From IMG/VR virus record IMGVR_UViG_3300045988_017782, positions 1-5,828 of that record: a DNA stretch of 5,828 nt. One strand, given 5' to 3'. Of the stretch, positions 1 through 4,728 are shown one piece after another. Source of the DNA: a virus. Below the pieces are notes generated by a model that made no database searches, was not told where the DNA came from, and saw nothing but the letters and a program-made list of their open reading frames with translations. A program made the translations under genes and the position numbers. Every line of letters starts with the position of its first letter. Within the stretch, counting starts at the first letter, position 1.

Positions 1-55
1 TGACAACCTTCGATGCAGGCAAGCTGATTCCATTCTACGTAGATGAAGTATTACC
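1..55. repeat. Terminal direct repeat, exact copy of 5774..5828 (circular-contig overlap)
   Basis: Read directly: tgacaaccttcgatgcaggcaagctgattccattctacgtagatgaagtattacc occurs at both window ends. The capsid reading frame runs continuously across the join. Confidence 0.97.
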
Positions 56-1640
56 GGGTGATACTTTCAGCGTGGATACAGCGGCAATCATCCGAATGAC
101 CACACCGAAATATCCCGTTTTCGATGACGCGTACATCGATTTCTATTATTTCTACTGTCCGAACAGGATCCTTTGGGATAACTTCAAAAGATTCATGGGT
201 GAAGCAGACGAAGAACCATGGATGCCGACAAAAACGTACAGTGTGCCAAAAATCAGAATTGTGGGAAACCCAAACGCAGAAAACCAGCCAGAAGCATACA
301 AAGGGCCAAAAACGCAAAGCATCCTAGACTATATGGGAGTACCGACACACCTAAACGAAAAAGAAAACAGCAACGATATTGAAGTCAATGCACTACCAGT
401 AAGAGCATACATCAAAATATGGAACGAATTCTTCAGAGACCAAAACGTAGATAATCCGGCAACATATCAAAAAGGAGATGAAGAAATAAAATACTTCGAC
501 AGAGGAGACAACGGATACGTAGGTGCACAAACCGGAAAAGAATACCTAGACGCATACACAGGCGGCCCATGTCTCCCGGTCTCAAAATTCCACGACTACT
601 TCACGTCATGCCTGCCGTATCCTCAGCGTGGGCCGGAAGTATCAATTGCACTGACAGGAAATGCACCGGTAAGACCATACGAAGATACAAACCTAAAAAA
701 CATAAGCCGCGGAGGAGAAATCAGCTACTTACTGGGAACTCCAAGCGCAACATTAGGATTATCTAATGTGGGTGGAGCAGGGGGTATAGGAAACCCGGTA
801 AAACTGGGCGTAAACGAAGGGAATGAAAACGTCACAGAAAGAAGTGCAGCATACCTGGGCGCAGACCTGCAGAACGTCGAAGCCGCAACCATCAACCAGC
901 TCCGGCAGGCATTCGCAGTTCAGCACTATTACGAAGCACTGGCAAGAGGTGGCAGTCGGTACCGCGAGCAGGTAAGAGCAATTTTTGGTGTAAGCATTAG
1001 CGACAAAACCGTACAGATACCGGAGTATCTGGGTGGTGGACGCTATCACGTGAACATCAATCAGATAATTCAGACCTCAGGACAGCAGACCGAAGCAGAC
1101 ACACCTATCGGTGAAACCGGTGCAATGTCTGTCACGCCTATCAACGAAAGTTCTTTCACGAAAAGTTTTGAGGAGCATGGTTTCGTAATCGGCGTTATGT
1201 GCGTTCGCCATAACCGAAGCTATCAACAGGGACTGGAAAGATTCTGGAGCCGAAGCGACCGCCTCGACTACTATTTCCCGCAGTTCGCAAATTTAGGCGA
1301 ACAACCTGTCAAGAAGAAAGAAATCATGCTGACCGGCACAAGCACAGACGATGAAACATTCGGTTACCAGGAGAGCTGGGCCGAATACCGCATGAAGCCA
1401 GACAGAGTAAGCGGCAAAATGCGGAGCAATGCGGAAGGCACACTGGACTTCTGGCACTATGCAGACAACTACGAAACCGTACCGACACTAAGCCAAGAGT
1501 GGATGAACGAGGGCAAAGCCGAAATTGCAAGAACACTGATTGTTCAGAATGAACCACAATTTTTCGGAGCAATCAGAGTAATGAACAAAACAACGAGGTG
1601 TATGCCGCTGTACAGCGTGCCGGGCCTGGAAAAGCTGTAA
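3..1640 (+). CDS. VP1: Major capsid protein VP1 (phiX174 F-like), C-terminal 545 codons; same gene as 5689..5828 across the circular junction
   Basis: The frame is open from the window edge. Codons 3..71 read TTFDAGKLIPFYVDEVLPGDTFS, upstream of the tracked 72..1640 ORF and in phase with ATG 5689 once the 5,773-nt circle is closed. FDAGxLIPxxxDEVLPGDTF is the conserved N-terminal signature of microvirus capsid proteins. Joined length is 574 aa. Tandem stops TAA TAA lie at 1638..1643. Confidence 0.96.
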   Translation, partial: TTFDAGKLIPFYVDEVLPGDTFSVDTAAIIRMTTPKYPVFDDAYIDFYYFYCPNRILWDNFKRFMGEADEEPWMPTKTYSVPKIRIVGNPNAENQPEAYKGPKTQSILDYMGVPTHLNEKENSNDIEVNALPVRAYIKIWNEFFRDQNVDNPATYQKGDEEIKYFDRGDNGYVGAQTGKEYLDAYTGGPCLPVSKFHDYFTSCLPYPQRGPEVSIALTGNAPVRPYEDTNLKNISRGGEISYLLGTPSATLGLSNVGGAGGIGNPVKLGVNEGNENVTERSAAYLGADLQNVEAATINQLRQAFAVQHYYEALARGGSRYREQVRAIFGVSISDKTVQIPEYLGGGRYHVNINQIIQTSGQQTEADTPIGETGAMSVTPINESSFTKSFEEHGFVIGVMCVRHNRSYQQGLERFWSRSDRLDYYFPQFANLGEQPVKKKEIMLTGTSTDDETFGYQESWAEYRMKPDRVSGKMRSNAEGTLDFWHYADNYETVPTLSQEWMNEGKAEIARTLIVQNEPQFFGAIRVMNKTTRCMPLYSVPGLEKL

Positions 1641-1654
1641 TAAAGAAAGGAGGA

Positions 1655-1680
1655 AGCCCGGAGAAATCCGGGCTATTTTA
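1655..1680 (+). terminator. Hairpin after VP1 (weak intrinsic terminator or attenuator; also part of a possible split RBS for VP2)
   Basis: A perfect 7-bp stem joins AGCCCGG (1655..1661) to CCGGGCT (1668..1674) with loop AGAAAT. It is followed by ATTTTA, a T-run of only 4, so termination is probably partial. Confidence 0.5.
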
Positions 1681-1682
1681 TA

Positions 1683-2498
1683 ATGACAGGAATAGGAGCA
1701 ACGCTAGCAAAGGCCGGAACATGGCTTGCAAGTCATCCAGAAGTCGTAACCACAGGAATGTCACTAATTGGCAACGGACTATCAAACTACTTTGGACAGA
1801 AAAGCGAAAACCAGAGCCAAGGAAGCAACATGAGCCAGAGCCAAGGCGGGGGACAAAGCACATCCATGAGCGAGGGCGGCACAAACGACCAGCAAATTAT
1901 GGACTACCTCAACAGATACTATCAATGGCAGGGCGGACAAAACGCATTCCAGAGCAAAACAAACAGGCAAAACATGTTAATGCAGATGGGCTATAACACG
2001 CTAGGAGCAATTCAGCAGGGAATTTATAACCACATCGAGCAAAACGCGGCAATGTCGTACAACAGCGCCGAAGCACTGGCTAACAGAAACTTCCAAGAGC
2101 GTATGAGCAATACAGCATACCAAAGAGCGGTAGCAGACATGCGAAAAGCAGGGCTGAACCCGATTTTGGCATACGCACAAGGCGGCGCAAGCACGCCGGG
2201 AGGCTCAGGCGCAACAATCACAGGCGCAAGCATGGGAATGCCAGCATCAAGCGCCCTGGGAGTATCTACGCTAAATGGCAACGTGCCAAACAGCTACTTT
2301 AACCGATCTGAAAGTAAGTCACAGTGGTACCAGCTAGCAGAAGCCGTGGGCAGTCAAATGAGTTCAGGCTATAGCAGTCCAGTACAGCTGACAGAAGACT
2401 TACTCAAAACCTATAAACAAATGGAAAATACAGACAAAACCGTACCGTTTGAAGCAGGTGGAGGCAAATTCCATACAGGAGGAGGAAGAAAAAAGTGA
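1683..2498 (+). CDS. VP2: Minor capsid / DNA pilot protein VP2 (phiX174 H analogue)
   Basis: 271-aa ORF directly after VP1. The motif [22 protein letters not shown] (nt 2109..2174) is the conserved core I recognise from gokushovirus VP2 proteins. It also has a Q/S/G low-complexity N-terminal third and a Gly-rich C-terminus. Confidence 0.88.
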   Translation: MTGIGATLAKAGTWLASHPEVVTTGMSLIGNGLSNYFGQKSENQSQGSNMSQSQGGGQSTSMSEGGTNDQQIMDYLNRYYQWQGGQNAFQSKTNRQNMLMQMGYNTLGAIQQGIYNHIEQNAAMSYNSAEALANRNFQERMSNTAYQRAVADMRKAGLNPILAYAQGGASTPGGSGATITGASMGMPASSALGVSTLNGNVPNSYFNRSESKSQWYQLAEAVGSQMSSGYSSPVQLTEDLLKTYKQMENTDKTVPFEAGGGKFHTGGGRKK

Positions 2499-3514
2499 GT
2501 TGTTACAAGCCATTAATAAGGCTGTACAACCCGGACAACAAGGAAATCAGCGGACGAGTGTATTCACTCGCCCGCTTTTCTCAGATAAGCGGGAAACAGC
2601 TAAAGTATGAAGATTTGATGTATAATCCGAAAGTTATGTTAATACCATGCGGGCAATGTATTGGATGCAGAATCCGACAGCGTGAGGACTGGACAACACG
2701 AATCGAGCTAGAAGCAAGAGATTACCCAAAAGAACAAGTATGGTTTATCACACTAACTTATGATGATGAGCATATACCAGGCATGATAGTAAAAACAGGT
2801 GAAATCATGCGAAAAGTACAGTACACATGGAAGCCAGGAGAGAAGCGTCCAGACAGCGTACAAATTCTACTATATGAGGATATTCAAAAATTCTTAAAAC
2901 GTCTCAGGAAAGCTTACAGGGGCAAATTACGCTATTTTGTAGCGGGTGAATACGGAGAGCAAACAGCGAGACCGCACTATCACATGATACTGTACGGTTG
3001 GAAACCGACAGACCTAGAAAATCTATACAAAATCCATCACAACGGATACTATAACAGCAAGTGGCTGGCAGACCTATGGGGCATGGGTCAGATACAAATA
3101 GCACAGGCGGTTCCAGAAACCTATAGATATGTTGCAGGATACGTTACAAAAAAAATGTACAAGATAGACGGAAAGAAAGCCAATGTGTACTACGAATTGG
3201 GACAAACGAAGCCTTTTGCATGCATGAGCTTAAAGCCAGGCCTCGGAGATCGCTATTATCAAGAGCACAAAGCAGAGATCTGGAGACAAGGGTACATTCA
3301 ATGCACCAACGGAAAACAGGCACAAATTCCAAGATACTACGAAAAACAGATGGAAGCAGAAAACCCACAAAGACTATGGAGAATCAAACAGAACCGTCAG
3401 CTGAGAGCTATAGAGCAAAAAAAGCTTCAGTTGGAAAATCAGGAATATAAAACAGTCCTAGAGACAAAAGAACGTGTCATCAAAAAACAGACGAAAAAGC
3501 GTGGTATTTTATAA
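2495..3514 (+). CDS. VP4: Rolling-circle replication initiator VP4 (HUH endonuclease, phiX174 A-like)
   Basis: GTG start at 2495 overlaps the VP2 stop (GTGA). The SD GGAGGAGG lies at 2479..2486. Rep motifs: CGQCIGCR cysteine cluster (aa 52-59), motif 1 FITLTYD (from nt 2744), HUH motif [10 protein letters not shown] (His 161 at nt 2975), and two-tyrosine motif 3 YVAGYVTKK (Tyr 212 at nt 3128, Tyr 216 at nt 3140). Confidence 0.95.
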   Translation: MSCYKPLIRLYNPDNKEISGRVYSLARFSQISGKQLKYEDLMYNPKVMLIPCGQCIGCRIRQREDWTTRIELEARDYPKEQVWFITLTYDDEHIPGMIVKTGEIMRKVQYTWKPGEKRPDSVQILLYEDIQKFLKRLRKAYRGKLRYFVAGEYGEQTARPHYHMILYGWKPTDLENLYKIHHNGYYNSKWLADLWGMGQIQIAQAVPETYRYVAGYVTKKMYKIDGKKANVYYELGQTKPFACMSLKPGLGDRYYQEHKAEIWRQGYIQCTNGKQAQIPRYYEKQMEAENPQRLWRIKQNRQLRAIEQKKLQLENQEYKTVLETKERVIKKQTKKRGIL

Positions 3515-3527
3515 TTGGTGTCACCTA

Positions 3528-3557
3528 GCCCAGTACCTATCAAGTAAGGTACTGGGC
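3528..3557 (+). terminator. Perfect 11-bp stem-loop just after VP4 (putative terminator of the long rightward transcript, or another structural signal)
   Basis: GCCCAGTACCT (3528..3538) is the exact reverse complement of AGGTACTGGGC (3547..3557), with the 8-nt loop ATCAAGTA. It is followed by ATTATTATTC, T-containing but not a clean U-tract. Confidence 0.55.
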
Positions 3558-3571
3558 ATTATTATTCTAAT

Positions 3572-3621
3572 CGCGCACACACGTACACGCGAAAAGTACA
3601 CGCGCACGCGTGCGCACGTAT
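3572..3621. repeat. CpG-dense alternating pyrimidine-purine tracts with internal palindrome and direct repeats
   Basis: 3572..3591 (20 nt) and 3596..3621 (26 nt) alternate Y-R without a break, separated by AAAA. GTACACGCG occurs twice (3583..3591, 3596..3604). A perfect 14-bp palindrome GCGCACGCGTGCGC lies at 3602..3615. Confidence 0.9.
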
Positions 3622-3657
3622 TATAATATAACTTGTTGTAGTCGTAGTAGTAGAGTA

Positions 3658-3821
3658 TGTTGAAAAGTAGAAAAGTATAATTTTAAAACGTTAGAGCGTT
3701 AAAAATAAACAAAAAACAATGTTGAAAGATTTGTTGAAAACTTGTTGAATTGTTGAAACACTCTATTGTGCTAAAGTTTAACAATGTTGAAATGTTGAAA
3801 ACTATGTTGAAAATGTTGAAA
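3658..3821 (+). repeat. Iteron-like array: nine direct copies of TGTTGAA(A/T)
   Basis: Copies at 3658..3665, 3720..3727, 3732..3739, 3743..3750 (TGTTGAAT), 3751..3758, 3785..3792, 3793..3800, 3805..3812 and 3814..3821, all in one orientation. The two 4-copy clusters each open with AACAATGTTGAAA (3715..3727, 3780..3792). No ORF longer than about 9 codons crosses the array. Confidence 0.9.
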
Positions 3822-3860
3822 AGCCAATAGAAGCGGTCCGGAATCGAGCGGGAAAGTCAC

Positions 3861-3907
3861 GGCCGCGCTTCGCTGGAAGTTGCGCCGCGTAGCGCGCAAC
3901 GGCGGCC
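3861..3907. other. GC-rich nested inverted repeats (candidate ssDNA structural element)
   Basis: Outer 6-bp stem: GGCCGC (3861..3866) with GCGGCC (3902..3907). Inner 7-bp stem: GTTGCGC (3879..3885) with GCGCAAC (3894..3900), loop of 8 nt. A small CTTC/GAAG hairpin lies at 3868..3879. This is a GC island inside an otherwise AT-rich intergenic region. Confidence 0.5.
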
Positions 3908-3945
3908 ATTCAATGAAAAGTTCTGCAAAAACTTCGAAAAAAAAC

Positions 3946-3974
3946 TTGACAAAATCCAAAAAATATGATAGAAT
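3946..3974 (+). promoter_or_regulatory. Near-consensus sigma70/sigmaA promoter with extended -10 (P1)
   Basis: -35 TTGACA at 3946..3951, a 17-nt spacer, TG at 3966..3967, and -10 TAGAAT at 3969..3974. An A-rich, UP-like stretch lies upstream (3929..3944). An SD and ATG follow within 30 nt. Confidence 0.75.
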
Positions 3975-4001
3975 ATAATCAGAGAAAGGAAGGTGTCAAA
4001 G

Positions 4002-4181
4002 ATGACGCACACATACGAACTTAAAAAATTTGAAGATGACGGAAGCATAACCACGGTACTAAAACTCAGCGCAGAACCAAAATATGCAAAACAAAGAGCG
4101 GAAGATTACGCAAGTAGACATCCCGGAATGTACAGCCTAGAAAAAACAGAAACAGTAAAAATGTACTTTAACCGGGGTTGA
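4002..4181 (+). CDS. Hypothetical 59-aa protein (accessory; own promoter and terminator)
   Basis: ATG at 4002 lies 8 nt after the SD AAAGGAAGG (3985..3993). I prefer it to the in-frame GTG at 3993, which sits inside the SD. No transmembrane segment and no motif I recognise. The gene is bracketed by P1 and a canonical terminator. Confidence 0.7.
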   Translation: MTHTYELKKFEDDGSITTVLKLSAEPKYAKQRAEDYASRHPGMYSLEKTETVKMYFNRG

Positions 4182-4198
4182 CAGCCCCGGTTTTTTTT
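4170..4198 (+). terminator. Canonical rho-independent terminator
   Basis: An 8-bp stem joins AACCGGGG (4170..4177) to CCCCGGTT (4185..4192) with the 7-nt loop TTGACAG. A run of 8 T follows (4191..4198). The stop codon TGA (4179..4181) sits in the loop. Confidence 0.85.
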
Positions 4199-4206
4199 GG
4201 TACAAT
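4178..4206 (+). promoter_or_regulatory. Second near-consensus promoter with extended -10 (P2), embedded in the terminator
   Basis: -35 TTGACA at 4178..4183 (the terminator loop), a 17-nt spacer (4184..4200), TG at 4198..4199, and -10 TACAAT at 4201..4206. The leader AGAGAAAGGAAG (4217..4228) is identical to the one after P1 (3981..3992). Confidence 0.65.
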
Positions 4207-4233
4207 TCGAAATAGAAGAGAAAGGAAGCCTAC

Positions 4234-4617
4234 ATGAAGCACATAATTTTTATGAAAGCAGAGTACGGGCAGGTTAGCCCGCACTTCAAAGCAAAAGAAT
4301 TTCAGTCCAAAGACAAAAGCAAATATCTGTTAATCGCATCAGAGCTAATCGAAACACTGGAAACAATTAGGGAACATTTCAATGCGCCTATTACAATCAA
4401 CAGCGGATACCGTACACCGAACTGGAATGCAAAAGTAGGTGGAGCGCCAAATTCATACCACTGCAAAGGGATGGCGGCAGATATCGTAGTAAAAGGACAT
4501 GGCAGTCAAGAAGTCGCAAAATACGCAGATAGCATCATGAAGCAAGGCGGCGTGATAAGATACACAAACTTTACTCACATTGATGTGCGTGAAGAACGAT
4601 ACAGAAAGGGGGTGTAA
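4234..4617 (+). CDS. Zinc D-Ala-D-Ala / peptidoglycan peptidase, M15 family (Peptidase_M15_3-like; putative endolysin)
   Basis: 127-aa ORF with SD GGAAG 5 nt upstream. The signature SGYRTPNWNAKVGGAPNSYHCKGMAADI plus FTHIDVR matches the LAS-type zinc site H-x6-D ... H (His 76 at nt 4459, Asp 83 at nt 4480, His 115 at nt 4576). No signal peptide or transmembrane helix. Confidence 0.88.
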   Translation: MKHIIFMKAEYGQVSPHFKAKEFQSKDKSKYLLIASELIETLETIREHFNAPITINSGYRTPNWNAKVGGAPNSYHCKGMAADIVVKGHGSQEVAKYADSIMKQGGVIRYTNFTHIDVREERYRKGV

Positions 4618-4620
4618 CCT

Positions 4621-4725
4621 ATGGCATTGATTAAAGTCAAAGACCTTCGAGAAGCAATCCAGCTAATTAAAACCGTTCTGGAAAAGCTCGACCAGATTTA
4701 TCACATCCTGAAGGAAAAGGAGTAA
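4621..4725 (+). CDS. Hypothetical 34-aa protein (below the ORF-track threshold)
   Basis: ATG at 4621 lies 3 nt after the peptidase stop and is preceded by AGAAAGGGGGTG. The product is MALIKVKDLREAIQLIKTVLEKLDQIYHILKEKE, with an amphipathic-helix pattern. Its last codons supply the SD (AAGGAAAAGGAG) for the next gene, filling the gap exactly. Confidence 0.5.
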   Translation: MALIKVKDLREAIQLIKTVLEKLDQIYHILKEKE

Positions 4726-4728
4726 AAC

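Noticed and set aside
1-55. Terminal repeat as a biological DTR/LTR or attachment-site duplication
   Set aside because: It falls inside the capsid coding sequence and restores a single intact gene when the ends are joined, as expected for a circular assembly overlap.
1598-1996. 132-aa highly basic + strand ORF overlapping the VP1 end, the hairpin and the VP2 start. Similar K/R-rich alternate-frame ORFs lie at 124..327, 569..766 and 3220..3450.
   Set aside because: The K/R/N/Q-rich composition is what an off-frame reading of A-rich sequence yields. I saw no SD before their starts. Overlapping genes do exist in phiX174 (E, K, B), so this is not impossible, but nothing here supports them.
3609-3640. 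Possible XerC/XerD dif-like integration site, because GTGCGCA followed by AT-rich TATTATAATA resembles the XerC arm GGTGCGCATAA of dif sites used by temperate enterobacterial gokushoviruses
   Set aside because: Beyond the GTGCGCA heptamer the alignment to the dif central region and to the conserved XerD arm (TTATGTTAAAT) fails in every register I tried. A proper dif-profile search could revisit this.
3622-3681. Perfect TATAAT hexamers at 3622..3627 and 3676..3681, and TTGAAA -35-like boxes inside the repeats, as additional promoters
   Set aside because: No partner hexamer lies at 16-18 nt spacing for any of them, and no gene follows on either strand.
3658-3821. CRISPR array as an explanation for the TGTTGAAA repeats
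   Set aside because: The repeats are only 8 nt long with 0-4 nt (or one 26-nt) spacers, far from CRISPR repeat and spacer dimensions. No cas genes are present.
3630-3948. AACTTG occurs three times in the non-coding region (3630..3635, 3739..3744, 3943..3948), resembling the phiX174 nick-site core CAACTTG/ATA
   Set aside because: A 6-mer is expected to recur by chance in AT-rich DNA, the downstream ATATTAATAAC context is absent, and one copy is simply part of the P1 -35 region.
3913-3978. 21-codon ORF MKSSAKTSKKNLTKSKKYDRI within the intergenic region
   Set aside because: It has no SD, is low-complexity and A-rich, and overlaps the P1 promoter hexamers. It is most likely non-coding.
3993-4001. 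GTG 3993 as the start of the small accessory ORF (62 aa)
   Set aside because: The GTG lies inside the Shine-Dalgarno sequence itself. ATG 4002 has correct spacing.
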